DNA of 64,000 bases from Hydrolagus colliei (lineage: Eukaryota), in NCBI GenBank assembly GCA_035084275.1, contig CM068743.1, positions 42,594,001-42,658,000 of the forward strand, read 5' to 3'. Below are positions 35,085 through 48,315 of this stretch, one piece after another. The notes under the pieces were generated by a model that had not been told where the DNA came from, ran no database searches, and saw only the letters and a list, made by a program, of their open reading frames with translations. The position numbers were made by a program, and so were the translations under genes. Within the stretch, counting starts at the first letter, position 1. Each line of letters opens with the position of its first letter.

Positions 35085-36580
35085 CAGGTAGACCACGCTT
35101 ACCAAATGTCTGGTTACCAAAACTTCACTATAACGAGGGTTTCTATTTGTACCACTTCTCATTTTACCAAAAGCTGCTTTCGCTATAATGAATGTTTACA
35201 CACTTTAAATATTGTGGGCTTCTCATGCACAGCTTCTCTCTGGTTGCCCCAGCAATGCACTCAGTCTTTAGCGTGCCTCAATTAAGCAGTTCAGTGCAGC
35301 CCCTCCCATATGGGAGGAGCTTAAGCAGCAGGATGCTTCGTGGCTTCAAGTAAGTCGAGATCGGGTGGGGGGATAGAGAGATAGAGAGGAGTGGGGGGAT
35401 AGGGAGGGGATAGGGAGGGAGGGAGGGGTGGCGGGGATAGGGAGGGAGGGGTGGCGGGGATAGGGAGGGAGGGAGGGAGGGGTGGCGGGGATAGGGAGGG
35501 AGGGAGGGGTGGGGGGGATAGGGAGGGGTGGGGGGGATAGGGAGGGGTGGGGGGGATAGGGAGGGGTGGGGGGGATAGGGAGGGGTGGGGGGGATAGGGA
35601 GGGAGGGAGGGGTGGGGGGGATAGGGAGGGAGGGAGGGAGGGAGGGGTGGGGGGGATAGGGAGGGAGGGAGGGAGGGGTGGGGGGGATAGGGAGGGAGGG
35701 AGGGAGGGAGGGGTGGGGGGGATAGGGAGGGAGGGAGGGAGGGGTGGGGGGGATAGGGAGGGAGGGAGGGGTGGGGGGGATAGGGAGGGAGGGAGGGAGG
35801 GAGGGGTGGGGGGGATAGGGAGGGAGGGAGGGAGGGGTGGGGGAGATAGGGAGGGAGGGAGGGAGGGGTGGGGGAGATAGGGAGGGAGGGAGGGGTGGGG
35901 GGGATAGGGAGGGAGGGAGGGAGGGGTGGGGGGGATAGGGAGGGAGGGAGGGGGGGAATGTGGAGGGGGGCGGATAGAGAGGGAGTGGAGGGAGAGGGAG
36001 TGGAGGGAGAGGGAGTGGAGGGAGGGGGATAAAGGGATAGAGATGAAGGGGGGGATTAGAGAAATAGAGATGAATGGGGGGGTTAGAGAAATAGAGATGA
36101 AGGGGGGGTTAGAGAGATAGAGAGGAGGGGGGAGTTAGGGAGAAAGAGAGGAGGGGTGGGTAGGGAGAAAGAGAGGAGGAAGGAGGGATAGAGAGAAAGA
36201 GGGGGGTAGGGGAGAGGAGGGGGAGGAAGAAAGAAGTGTGTCACGTGTCCTGAAATGCCTGGGTCCAGGTTGCGATATTTCTGTGCGGTGACTGTGCAGA
36301 CCTGGCCTGGAGCAGGCAGGATTGACGTTTTTATTCTTGCAATTTTTGTCACATTCTGGATTCCGGAACTCCGGACTTTTGGCTGCTCAACCTGTACACC
36401 GAAAATGTTAGCGCTAGGAACCGCTAGGAACGAAACTGATGGTAGCGGGGAGGCTCGGGTTAGGGTGGCGTTTTGGCTGCGGCCAAATACAGTAATATAG
36501 TTAAACTCTCGCTTAACAAAATTTTTGCTTAACAAAGGATTTTAAAGTCCCTAACCCCATTGTTAAGCGGGGTCTACCTG
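35085..36580. mobile_element. Tigger/pogo-like non-autonomous element carrying a G-rich minisatellite
   Basis: TA|CAGGTAGACCACGCTTAC ... GTTAAGCGGGGTCTACCTG|TA inverted termini; subterminal CGCTTAACAAA-like repeats. Confidence 0.85.
35362..36228 (+). repeat. G-rich minisatellite, unit GGGGTGGGGGGGATA(GGGA)n
   Basis: About 20 variable units, then GGAGGGAGAGGGAGT and GAGAAATAGAGATGAAGGGGGG sub-repeats. Confidence 0.95.
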
Positions 36581-37077
36581 TATTTACTATTAAGTAGAGT
36601 GAGTGAGTACTTTCGATAAAATACTATTGAATTTTAACTCTCATTAAGACATCAATTTAGTTTCTATTATTACAAATCAATTCCCCCAAAAGAATATTTT
36701 CATGCTTCACAATGGATGTTGGTAAATGGAAAATAGCGGTGATATAACACCATTTTGGTCAGAAATGCAGTCTTGATAGAAGCAACAACAATCAAATTTC
36801 TCCAAGTCTGAGCCATCAGTTTTTGTTGTATATTTTCAAGATTAAAATGTCAAGGAACAGATGGATCACTACCACTAGCAAGAAGTACAATGAAAACAAA
36901 ACAAAACAAAACATGGAGTCTGCAGATCTTATTGATCTGCATTAGATTGTGAAGAAAGAGTAAATAAAACATACAAAAATATGAAATAGGAAAGTGTAAG
37001 GAGACAGACAGGACATAGAAATGAAAGGTAAGAATACATGTTAAACTGGAAAGCTGCAGACAGGGCAGATAATAAGA

Positions 37078-37325
37078 AATAATAATAATAATTCTTGCAA
37101 TTGATATAACACTTTTCTTGTCTTCTAGAGGTCTCAAAACACTTGACAGAATATACTGTAAAGTGAATTGACTACATGTTTGTGGGCCAAACATGTCAGT
37201 CAATTGCACACAGTATTGTCCCCCAAACAATCAAGGATGGAAGTGAACAATTTATTATTTATTTATTTGTTTATTTCAAGAGGGATTATTATCAGGATTG
37301 TGGAGCAAGGAAACTCACCCAAGCT
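37078..37325 (-). mobile_element. Deu-core SINE, 5'-truncated
   Basis: Reverse (ATT)n tail, core, AAGGAAACTCACCCAAG. Confidence 0.8.
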
Positions 37326-37601
37326 TGACAATTTTCAACTCCAATGCACTTTTTGGTTTCTTTGAATGATTCATCATCGTTCAGCTGCAATCTATGCATC
37401 ACATAATCCATTAACATCTGTAGAGCATTGAAGAAGCACTACTGCGGAAGCCTGATATCCTCTGGTCTGGAGGAATAGAGTCGCAAAAGGATAGGAGCCC
37501 ATAAACTGCTCCGGAGTGGCAAGCAACCTCATAACCTGTAAATGGATTGTTCACACAGCCTGCATGGAGATACCTGAAACATTCAGTTTGGTTGGCAAAT
37601 A

Positions 37602-38089
37602 CAGTAAAGGCTTCGTTATCCGGCACCCTCGGGACCTGACCGTTACCGTTTAATCAAATCAGCACCTTAGGATGTCCTCTCGGTGTGAAAGGTGTTATAT
37701 AAATGTAAGTTTTTTATTTTTATGCCGGATATTCCACCGGCAAGTTGCCGAAAATCCTATAACAAAATTAACTTATTTTAAAACATACCATATTAATAAT
37801 AGACTAAATAATAACAGAATATTGTATGGATAAAGTATGGATAAAGATACCAATAAAGCATTCTAGCACACTCGGTAAAATGATCGGTAAAATAAAAATT
37901 CCAGCATTCGTTAGGTTTAATAGGTGCGCTTGCGCACACATTGCATGCTTGTGCAAAGTGAGCATGCTCGCAAGTGTCCCGGATGGCTCTGGTATGAGAT
38001 CCGTTCGCTCGAATGGTGAATTGTATGGGGAGATACAAGTTGGTTGAGCATTCCGGTTTGTTGGGTGTTGGATAAACAAGCTTTTACTG
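37602..38089. mobile_element. Tigger/pogo-like MITE
   Basis: TA|CAGTAAAGGCTTCGTTATCCGGCAC ... GTGTTGGATAAACAAGCTTTTACTG|TA; the left subterminal is the reverse complement of the right subterminal of 38853-39645; contains a short L2-type tail near 37660-37715. Confidence 0.8.
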
Positions 38090-38852
38090 TACAAAGAAAG
38101 GTACATCAGCCACAAAAGACAGATGTCAGTTGCAATAAACAATGCCAACATATCATAGCCTTGCAGAACTAGCCATGGCCATGGAAGATAGCCATGCTAG
38201 TGCTAGTGTCTAATCCTGCAATAGCTGCTCTATAGTGAGACACTTTTTCTGGTAAATACAACGTTCATTTACACATCACCCATCATGCAGGGTAGCATCT
38301 CGGAGTGTTGAAAATATTATTAGGCCGAGCAAAGCTGGCAGAGCATATGTGTACTCTGATCAGTCTGCTGAGTATTTGGTGTCTAACCAGGAACCTTTCT
38401 CCTTGATTCTCAATTATGTAGTTATTCAAAGCCCAAGAATAGATATTTGAAGGATATTCTGTGTATCAAGTATCCACTTCCCAACGGCCAAAGTTTCACC
38501 CTCACTACCTCCCCCCACTACACACACACACCACCACCACAACAAAATTACATTTGTGGAGCACCTTCCACATCGGGAGTACTTCCCAAAGCACTGTCTG
38601 ACACACATCATTTTCAGATATCAATAAGGAATAACTCTGATGGGTGTGGTTTCCTGAAGTTTGATAATGACTTGCTCTTGCATCTTAAAAATGTACCAAG
38701 GTATACGATACAATGCCTACATTGTATTGGTGCGCATGTATTCGGCTCTGTTTTTTTTTACATTGCTTTGCACAGATATGACCATTTTCTGTTGTGAATT
38801 TTAATAATCCGATACAAACTATGGGTGAGCAAACTAGAGTCTTGTGTATGTA

Positions 38853-39645
38853 GAGTAGAAGCCCGTTTATCCGTGACCCGATCAACCGTAACTTCCGTAT
38901 AACCGGCACCAGAAAAAAAAGGTCCGCATTGAATAAACCGGAATTTAACCAGAAAAATGCATTTTTTGGGTGTTTTGCATTGTGTCAGTAGTTTGGAATG
39001 CTGCTACTGGGTGCCTGATGGTGACGTTAGCTCAGAATGCTGCCTGTATTGTAAAGCAATGCACTCTCTGGAGTGTACTCTTTGAGAGGCAGAGCGGGGT
39101 GGGTTGATTAATTAGATTTGATTTAGCCACAAAACACACACCCACCCTGAGCAAAGTTTGCAGATCAATTCATTGGCTTTTATTTTAATACAAAAGACTC
39201 ATCCTGGCAATGCTCGTTTTACAGAGTGCAGTGTTTCAAGTTAATGCACACACACACACACACACACAGGCATCGCAAGGCTTTTTGGAAAGAAAGTTAA
39301 CTGAACTGAGCGGCCACTGCTCACTCTCTACTATCTTAATAACATAAGCTTTCCTCTCTTCTGCCCCAATGAGAACAGTGTAATTCAGACGTGTAACTTT
39401 TGCACTAGTTTAAAGATCTCTCTGAACTGCTTGGTCACTGTGTGTAAATGATTATAATTATTATTTATATATTATATTATCATATAAATGATTATTTCGT
39501 GTATTATTAATATGCTATGTTTCAAAAAAATTAATTTAATTTCTTAAAATATTTTTTTTGGGGGGGTTTTCTGCCGAATATCCGGCAGGCGCTTTAATCG
39601 GTATTGGCCTGGTCCCGAGGGTGCCGGATAAATGGGCTTCTACTG
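38853..39645. mobile_element. Tigger/pogo-like MITE
   Basis: TA|GAGTAGAAGCCCGTTTATCCG ... CGGATAAATGGGCTTCTACTG|TA; internal (CA)n at 39247. Confidence 0.85.
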
Positions 39646-42154
39646 TATTGCTTTTTAGAAAATAATACAGTATCATTTTATTTACATGTCAATGTTTTGT
39701 TGCTTCAGCAAAATACATATTAGTCTATTCGCTTGTACCTTCAGTTGCTTAATTTCCTTTATTAAGCCAACCTTTTAAGGCTTTCACGGATTCTTTCTCT
39801 CTCAGGTGGAACTAAAACCAATTGTGGAATATTCCTCAGATGCAGAGCTATGTTCTGATGGTGGAGAATTGGGTTTCTGATAATATTATACGAGGGGCAC
39901 CCTGTTTGGTGTTTCTGTAATTGCAAAATGTTACCTTCCTGCTACGTTATGCACAATCACGTTCTGATGTAAAGTGACACACAGAAAGCTTACAAGCAGA
40001 GAGAGCACAGTGTTCAACAATATCTTCACCTTTTGGTTGTTAGTTGTTTTAATTACCATGAGTGAACAAAACAGAGAAATGGGGATTGTCTTCACACTGT
40101 CTCATGATAAATTGATGCCTGGTTTGAGTACAACATAAAACAAACGTTTATTGGTATATCCATTAAACTGTATTATGATTTTATAATTGTTCCCAGGCTA
40201 AAATTGATATCATGCATTCCAAATGAAATGCCTCTGTTAAAGCAATGACTGGAGTAAAACATTTGATTGGATAATCTTTAGAACATTTCGGTCTAATAAT
40301 GCATAACTGTATATGAAGGCCTGTCTGGACATGTGTACAGTATTTGGCTTTAGGTGCGCTTTAAAACTCTCAGTTGGTGAGTTGTAAATTCCAACATATT
40401 TTGCATTTAAGTCATTAGCCAGAGTACACATAATCTTGCAGGGTAACTGCAAACAGCCGACAAAAATAATAAGAACAACAAAATTACATTTGTGTAGCGC
40501 TTTTCACGTCAGAAGCACGTCCCAAATACAAGTGGAAATAAAGCGCTCCATTAAAAAGTCAAAAGGTACATCAGTCGTTGTATTCTGCTCATTACTTATT
40601 GCATCGATTGTTCTTAATGGCACCTAGCCATAAGAACAAAAACATACATTAATATAAGAGTTCTGAAATTGTAATTATTAATTGTCTTCCAATTGAGGCC
40701 AATTTTTTTTTAAGAAGACATTTTCAAATTACGTTTTCCTTCATCGGTGTCCACTGCAGTCTCATTCATACCATTCTGTACATGTGTACATCCAAGCACA
40801 AACACACACATAAATACACACATGCTTTGTAGAAACATCCACTTGAAATAATAGTGCATTCTAATATATTGGGGAAATGCTCAAGAATGATTAAATCAGT
40901 CAAACCATCCAATAAATATTTAAGACAGGCACCCTCTCAGTGAAATGGTTATGATATGATAGCAGATAACAATGCATATGTATTCAATAGATAGCTTTGA
41001 TTTCAAAGATGAAAACATCAGTTTTTTAATATTAAATATGACATGTATGTTAATGTTAGGCTGTTGTAACTCAGAATCTACCAATGGGAGCAGACTTACC
41101 TTGTCTAGTTTCCCTAACAGTTAACAAGCCACTCAATTTGTAAGATTCAGTCTTTTTACTCTACCAGCGGATCAGCTGCTCCTAGGTCCTTTGAGAGCCC
41201 TGGACACAACCATGACTGTGTGATTTCAAATCTCTAATCTCAGATGAACAGTTTCTTCACGTCTTAAACAGCTTCCTGTGATTGGCTGGGGCTTTTTGTC
41301 CAAGCCTTCCCATCCTCTTTCATAGTTTTCTTCTTTCCTGTGCTTTCAGGTACTTCAGGGCAAAACAAAGCATTTGTCGGAGCACAGAGTCCCAGTTTCC
41401 GAGAAAGTTAATTAATAAGTGCCTTAAAGCCTAATTCGTATCCCAGCTGAAAAATGTTAGGCGCTGAGCAGCAATGTAAACTCATCATTCCTCTGCAGAA
41501 CCTTGCCAGTTAGATGGAGTCAGAGAGCACAGACAAAGAGATATGAGCCCTTTCGAAGAGAACTGATAATAAATCAACATGCTGTGCGGAAAGTCGTTGC
41601 ATCTACTAAACATTTAACGTATAGCTCATTCATCAGAAGTTCACAGCCCGCTAACTGCATGGCTTTGCTCGGGAGATGTCCTTTAGTGTCCTGTTCCTGA
41701 GGGTCTCTAGCATACAGAAATCATTTGTTGGATAGCATCAGGGAAAGAACACTGTGGAAAAAAATATGCAAAATATGCAGCGGCTTCGTTTCAACCCATC
41801 TCTTTCAAATTATAGAACTGGATATAATTTATACTCTGTCACATCAGAAACACCAATACAGATTGGCTTCATGCAAAATTCATGGTGAAATCAGTACCTT
41901 TCTCCACTTGCTGTCTCCTTCAGTTGGAATGAAAAGTGCTGTGAGCTGAAGGAACAGCTGTGATTTTGCCCAACACGGTGGGTACCCCTAGCTAAGGTAT
42001 AATTAATGGAGCATCGACAACAGCTGTAGCACTCCTCAGATAGATAACATTAAATTTGTAATCACTAGGGATGTTCAATGAACCAACTCGAACAACTGAT
42101 GTGGGCCATTTGCACATAAACTTCCACCTCAGCAACACCACACATCATTGAGTA

Positions 42155-42282
42155 ATATAATAATAATAATCCTTGCATTTGATACAGCACTTTTCACTTC
42201 TTCTAGACGTCTCAAAGTGCTTCAAAGAATATACTGTAAATTGAATTGACTGTATATTTGTGGGCGAAATGCGGCAGCCAAT
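42155..42282 (-). mobile_element. SINE 3' fragment
   Basis: TAATAATAATCCTTGCATTTGATACAGCAC...GCGGCAGCCAAT. Confidence 0.85.
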
Positions 42283-43239
42283 GAGTTAGTTTACTTCCCT
42301 GTGAATGTTGTGAGCTGGATTCCTGTGGTCTGTGCAACGTGCAAGCGTGAATGAAAGATCCTTGTCCAGCTTAATGGTCTGTTGATAGTTAGCTGAAATC
42401 TTATCACAGACGCAACACAAACACTACCATACTGTCAAAATTATTGGAAGGATTGAGGATTTCTGAGTCAATGACTGGTTGGGTGAACTTTCTTTGACTT
42501 GACTTAACCAACTAGTTAACTAGTTGGGCACAGCTGTGGCATTTGTACAAACACACACTGTATTATTTCTACAGGATTGAAAGACACCTTTTTTAAAAAA
42601 AAGTTCAAAGACTGAATCAATTATAAAGATTGAATTGGTTGCTGATTCTCCACTGATTTTTAATCAACAGAGTCGACAGGTACTCACAGAGATGATAGAT
42701 TTTATAATGCATCTTCAATACAGTGCTTTAAAGAAAGAGAGTGACCATTACAACAAGTGGACATGTTATTTCGCCTCTTTGTTCACTGCTACAATTCGAA
42801 AGGTCTCGAGTCTCTCACAGTTTCCATAGCAGACTTCCAAAACACTCGTTTTTCCAGGCTCCTTTGTTCCTTCCTTATTTTTTCCTCTGCTTCCCTCTTT
42901 GCAGCGTTCTCCCCGCTCAGATTCTAGCCCAACACTAAACAGACATGTGAAGGACAACCCACAAGAAAGACAGAGTATTGTGACTGGGTATTGATTGTTG
43001 GGAGTATAGACTAAACATGGAGACCATCCAATGGGGTTTCAGTTGGGGTAACCATGAGTTGTTTTCTAAACAATAATCTATCCTTCTCAGTCTTGAAAGT
43101 TTAATGGATCAAAAAACATAACATTTTGTGGGAGAGTACCAAATTTTCTCTACCCTTTGCATGAAACAATCATCCTGATTTCACTCCTAAATAGCCCAAC
43201 TCTAATTTCAACATTATGCCCCAATATTAACTAGTTAAT

Positions 43240-43537
43240 AATTATAATAATCCTTGCATTTGATAGAGCACTTTTTACATCTTTTGGATACCTCCAAGCG
43301 CTTCACAGAGTATGCTGTAAAGTGAATTGACTGTATATTTGTGGGTGAATCACAGCAGCCAATTGCGCATAACAGTGTCCAACAAACAGTTGTGGATTGA
43401 AATTACCAATTTATTATTCTGTTTTTTTCGAGGGATTATTATTAGGTGTGTGTAGTAAGGAAACTTGCCCAAGGTTCTCCCCCACCTGGAATTGAACCCA
43501 GTTCTCTTGCTTTCAATATAAGTGAGCTACAGGACTT
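43240..43537 (-). mobile_element. Deu-core SINE
   Basis: Reverse tail, core, GTAAGGAAACTTGCCCAAGG, GAGCTACAGGACT head. Confidence 0.88.
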
Positions 43538-43769
43538 CAATGTATATGTGTTACACATAGTAAAAAGGTAAATATTCTGTTACATCTCTGCAGTATGACT
43601 ATTTTGCCACAGGTTATTTCATAATTAGTGTAATGTTTGTTTAAGGAGACACTAGCTTTGTAAACACACACAAGGTGGCACTCTTTGATGATCAAGAGGG
43701 AAATGCTCGGTTTAGCCTTGACAGAAGGAAGTTACTACCTGGCCCTGCAAAACGCCACAGCTACTTTTC

Positions 43770-45300
43770 AATAACAACAACAACTTAAACATATAAAGCG
43801 CCTTTCACGTCGGGAGGACGTCCCAAGGCGCTGCACAGGAGGCGTGTTACCCGAGCTGGGAGGGGAGTGTTCGGGAAGGGGTGAAACACGTAGGGGATGT
43901 CGAAACATTCGGGGGGGAACAAAAGGCACGGTCGAAGAGGAAAGTCTTCAAACCGGCCTTGAAAGAGGAAAGGGAAGAAACAAGGCGGAGGGATTGGGGG
44001 ATGGAATTCCATAGGGTCGGAGCAGAAAAACTGAAGGCCCGGCCTCCGATGGTGGGGCGGTTTGGGCGGGGGGCTTGGAGCCGGCCAATTCCTACTGAAC
44101 GGAGGATCCGGGTGGGCTTATAGGGGGAAAGTAGATCGGCTAAATAGGGCAGGGCAAGGCCATGTAAGGCCTTGAAGGTGAGGACAAGGATCTTGAACTC
44201 GATCCTCTGGAGGATGGGGAGCCAGTGGAGATGGGCGAGGGTGGGGGTTATGTGGTCGTGGAGGCGGGTGCGGGATAGTACACGGGCTGCAGAGTTTTGG
44301 ATGACCTGCAGCCTGTGAATGGAGGAACTGGGGAGGACGACGAGGAGAGAGTTTCCGTAGTCCAGCCGTGAGGTGATGTATGCGTGCACGAGTGTTTCGG
44401 CAGCGTGGGGGGTGAGATAGTTGCGGAGCCTGGCAATGCTGCGTAGGTGGAAATAAGCGGTGCAGGTCAAGGCACGGATGTGGGGGAGGAAGGAAAGTTT
44501 ATGGTCGACCGTGATGCCGAGGTTCCTGACTGGCTTTGTGAGGTGGAGAGTACAGCCTTGGATGTTGAGGCTGGCAGCGCCCGATGTGCGGAGGCGCTGG
44601 CTTGAGCCGGTCAGGAGGGCCTCGGTCTTGCTCACATTCAATTGGAGGAAGTTGTCCCTCGTCCAGGACTCAATGTTGGACAGACATGCTGTCAGAACAT
44701 CGATGGTCTGGGGGTTGAGGGATGAGGCAGAAATGTACAGCTGGGTGTCGTCCGCATACATGTGGAAATTTACCCCATGTTTGCGGATGACATCGCCCAG
44801 AGGGAGCATGTAAATGGTGAAAAGGAGGGGGCCGAGGACAGAGCCCTGGGGGACGCCGTGAGAAACTGTGCGGGGGTTTGAGGAGAAACCGTTGGAAGAT
44901 ACAAAATGTAGGCGGTGGGTCAGGTAGGAATGGAACCAGTCAAGGACTGTGCCTTCAAGGTTGAGGTGGGAGGAAAGACGTTGGAGGAGGATGGTGTGAT
45001 CGACTGTGTCGAACGCAGCAGACAGGTCAAGGAGGACGAGGAGGCAGAGGGAGCCCTGGTCACAGGCGGTTAGGATTCATTGGTGACCTTGACCAGGGCA
45101 GTTTCCGTGCTGTGAGCAGGGCAAAAGCCTGATTGGAGGGGTTCAAGGAATGAGTGAGTTGAGAGGAAAGAGCAGAGCTGGGAGGCAACCACTCTTTCAA
45201 GGACCTTAGATAAAAACGGGAGGTTGGAGATGGGTCGGTAGCTTGATGGCTGCGACGCATCAAGGGAGGGTTTTTTCAGGATAGGGGTGATGGTGGCTGT
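43770..45300 (-). mobile_element. Young 5'-truncated L2 LINE
   Basis: (TTG)n tail, 3' stem-loop, RT motifs YRPISNLPFLSKVLER, QSGF..HSTETAL, LLDLSAAFDTVDH, GVPQGSVLGP, YADDTQLY. Confidence 0.97.
43847..45075 (-). pseudogene. L2 ORF2 reverse transcriptase domain and C-terminus (open frame, 5'-truncated copy)
   Basis: The 320-aa ORF extends upstream in frame (QGSLCLLVLLDLSAAFDTVDHTILL...GVPQGSVLGPLLFTIYM); a 1-bp deletion near 45077 separates it from the YRPISNL segment. Confidence 0.9.
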
Positions 45301-45614
45301 TTCATTACTACATGTCTGAGTTACAAGCACAGCAGTATATTTACACAGCGCCATTGAACGACTACTGAAAAACTGTGTTGTTAAAGCAACATCTCTGTTT
45401 TCGTGGATAACATTAATGTTAAACCTCGCCTTTTGAGCAAGAAGCCTGAATAAATGAATGAGCTGAAGCATATAATTCCATTGGTTGCACTTTATGTCAC
45501 TAAGGACCGACAGGTGTCTCACCTTTATTTTTCCCCAAAATGTTTTTGCTGAGAGTCTGTACCTTTGAAAGGCATCAAGATGATAGTTGCATGTTTGCAA
45601 ATAATTGGTGAAAG

Positions 45615-46040
45615 TAGGGTCCGTCGATATGGAAATTTTCCGATTTAGATATATCGATGGGCTCATATCGAGATATACCAACATATTGATATTTTCAGGG
45701 GTTTTCGTACTGTGCATGCGCGCGCATTGCATTCGGAGGTGCGTGCGCATTCGGGGCCTATCTCCTCAGCATGTAAATATCTCTCTCTCTGTGTGTCTCT
45801 CACACTCACTCTCTCCATCTCTGTGTTTTTCTGTTTGTGTCTCTGTGTCTCTCTCCTCTCTCACATCTCCCCACATCTCTATATATCTATCTGAATATTA
45901 TCACATCCCGCCCCCCGTCTCTCCCCCACCGGTCTCTCTCACTTCCCTCCCCACCCCCCGTTCTCTCTCTCTACCTCCCTCTTCCCCCCCCCACCCCGGT
46001 CTCTCTCTCTCCCTTCCGCCCACCGGTCTCTCTCTCTACC

Positions 46041-46072
<32 letters not shown>

Positions 46073-46145
46073 TCACTCTCTCTCCCTCCCCCTGCCCCCC
46101 AGTCTCTCTCCCCTCACCTATATATTGATATATCGCCGGACCCTA
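45615..46145. mobile_element. hAT non-autonomous element, short copy
   Basis: TAGGGTCCGTCGATAT ... ATATCGCCGGACCCTA termini; perfect 8-bp TSD GGTGAAAG (45607-45614, 46146-46153). Confidence 0.93.
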
Positions 46146-46492
46146 GGTGAAAGCCATTCATTTATGTAGGAAATTAAACTAAGTCTAATAATACTGAACT
46201 TGCATTTGACACTGGTAGTAAAATTACAGGAGGTAAATCTCCCATCTAAAACCATTTCAACCTATATAATTTATTGATGCCTATTGCAACGGACAAACAG
46301 AATTCCATTGAACATATTAGGGAATAATTACATGATTCTTTGAAGAAAGAAACCCCCTGAGAATGACCACAGATAAATACATAGTTGGCTGACATGTTAT
46401 TTAAAATTTACATTATATCAAGTGAAAATTATTCAGATGTGCTGGAAGCTGTCCACCAGGAATGGAGGCTGTGACATATAATGGCACTGTTT

Positions 46493-46837
46493 TAATAATA
46501 ATAATAATAATAATCCTTGCATTTGATATAGCACTTTTCACATCTTATCGACGTCTCAAAGCGCTTCACAGAATATACTGTAAAGTGAATTGACTGTATA
46601 TTTGTGGGCGAATCGCAGCAGCCAATTGCACACAGCAGTGTCCCACAAACAGTTGTGGATTGAAATGACCAATTTTATTATTGTGTTTTTTTTTGAGGGA
46701 TTATTATTAGGCGTGTGGAGTAAGGAAACTTGCCCAAGGTTTCGCCCTGACCTGCCTGGATTCGAACACAGGTCTCCCCAGCTTGGTCTCCCCAGCCTGC
46801 AAGACAAGTACTCTCACCACTAAGCCACAGGAGCTCC
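46493..46837 (-). mobile_element. Full-length young SINE with head duplication
   Basis: Near-identical to the 16617 copy, including GGTCTCCCCAGCTTGGTCTCCCCAGC. Confidence 0.93.
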
Positions 46838-46959
46838 TAATAATGCAGTTATTCGTAAAACAGAGCTCTGCATTTGATTTTCATTTCACTGACAGCGTCT
46901 TGGGACATCCTACCAGTGCGAAAGAGGCCATATAAATGTAAATTTATTTTATATCACTA

Positions 46960-47880
46960 CTTGGTGGTATGATCAGCAGGCATGGATATAACTTCCACCA
47001 GTATGCGAATGACATCCAACTCTATCTCTGCCATCACCCTGAACTTCAGTACTGCTGCTGTCCTGAAGATTGTCTGTCAGACATCAATTCCTGTATTATA
47101 CCCAACTTTCTGCAGTTGAATATTGACCAGAAGAAGGCCTTCCTTCTTGTCTCCAATCAGTAGCTCCACATCTCAGATACTGACGTCATCACTCTCCATG
47201 GATTCACCCTCCACTTTATTGAGTCATTATGGAACCTTGGTGTTTTATTCGACCCTCAACTTTTGTTTAAACCACACATTGGGGCCATGACCCATTCTGC
47301 CTTACCTCCCAACCACAACATTGTCTGCATCCCTCATTATCTCTCCTCCAGGTTTCCAAGACCGCCATCCATGTTTTCATCACTTTCAGTCTATGCTAAC
47401 TGTCTACTCTCCAGACTTCCCAACTGTTCCTTCCACAAGCTGCAGATTATTCTGAACTCTGCAGCTCGTGCCTTCTCCTGCAGAGAGGGCACCTGCAGTT
47501 TAAGACCGTTATCCTTACTTTTAAGGTCCTCCACGGTCTTGCCCCTCCCGACCTCCACTTGGTGGGGACCAACACCAAGTTGTCCACCCCCTCGGCTTGG
47601 TGGGGACTGGCCTGCTCCGTGTCCCCTATTCTGCATTATCAGTGGTCAGGCTTTGAGCTTTTCTGACTACAACCTCTAGAACTCCATCCCAGAGCCTCTT
47701 CCTCTTTGCCTCTTTCAAGGTTCATCTCAAGAACTTTTCTTTCACTGTGCCTTTGGTCATCCTCCCAGCCCCACTTCCACCCCCTTGGTGTATTTTATTT
47801 CAACCTTCAGCTTGGGTACACATCCTTAACATGTGCCTTGGGATATTCTTCTGATGTGACAGGTGCTATATAAATGTAAT
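46960..47880 (+). mobile_element. Older L2 RT and 3' fragment
   Basis: ISRHGYNFHQYANDIQLY...CLSDINS..NFLQLNI; HKLQIILNSAAR; L2 tail. Confidence 0.85.
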
Positions 47881-47884
47881 TTAT

Positions 47885-48315
47885 TCACTTTCAAGGCCAT
47901 TCACGGCCTTGCCTCTGCCTATCTCTCTGACCTATTGTCTCCCTACCAGCTTGCCTGCACCCTCCGTTCAGCAGACTCAGGCCTGCTCCGTGTCCACCGC
48001 CCTAATCACCCAACCATCGTCAGCCGGGCTTTCAGCCTCTCTTCTCCCACACTGTGGAACTCCATCCCACAGCACCTGTGCCTCGCTTTCCTCCTTCAAC
48101 GCTGGTCTCAAGACCTTCCTGTTTGACCGTGCCTTCGGCTGCCCCACTAACTCTTCCCCCTCTCCCCCTCTCCTTCCCCTTCCCCCTACTTTGACCCTCC
48201 CCCATCCCCCACCCCCCAGGCTCGGGTCCCGATCAGACTTTTTAGCACTTTGGGACATCATCCCAACGTGAGAGGCGCTATATAAGTGCAATTTTGTTGT
48301 TGTTCTTGTTGTTGT
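47885..48315 (+). mobile_element. L2 3' fragment
   Basis: TFKAIHGLASAYLSDLLSPY...RAFSLSSPTLWNSIP; GLKTFLFDRAF; (TTG)n tail. Confidence 0.9.

Noticed and set aside
35362-36228. Repeat array as a CRISPR-like or collagen-like/RGG coding region
   Set aside because: No unique spacers, no cas genes, eukaryotic context; it is a simple minisatellite.
37420-37530. KHYCGSLIS...RIGAHKL, reminiscent of trypsin-like proteases
   Set aside because: Lacks the catalytic TAAHC motif, contains a stop, and no other protease exons are visible.
45070-45750. 226-aa minus-strand ORF
   Set aside because: Chance read-through from the hAT element across unique DNA into the truncated L2; only the last 75 or so residues are L2 ORF2.
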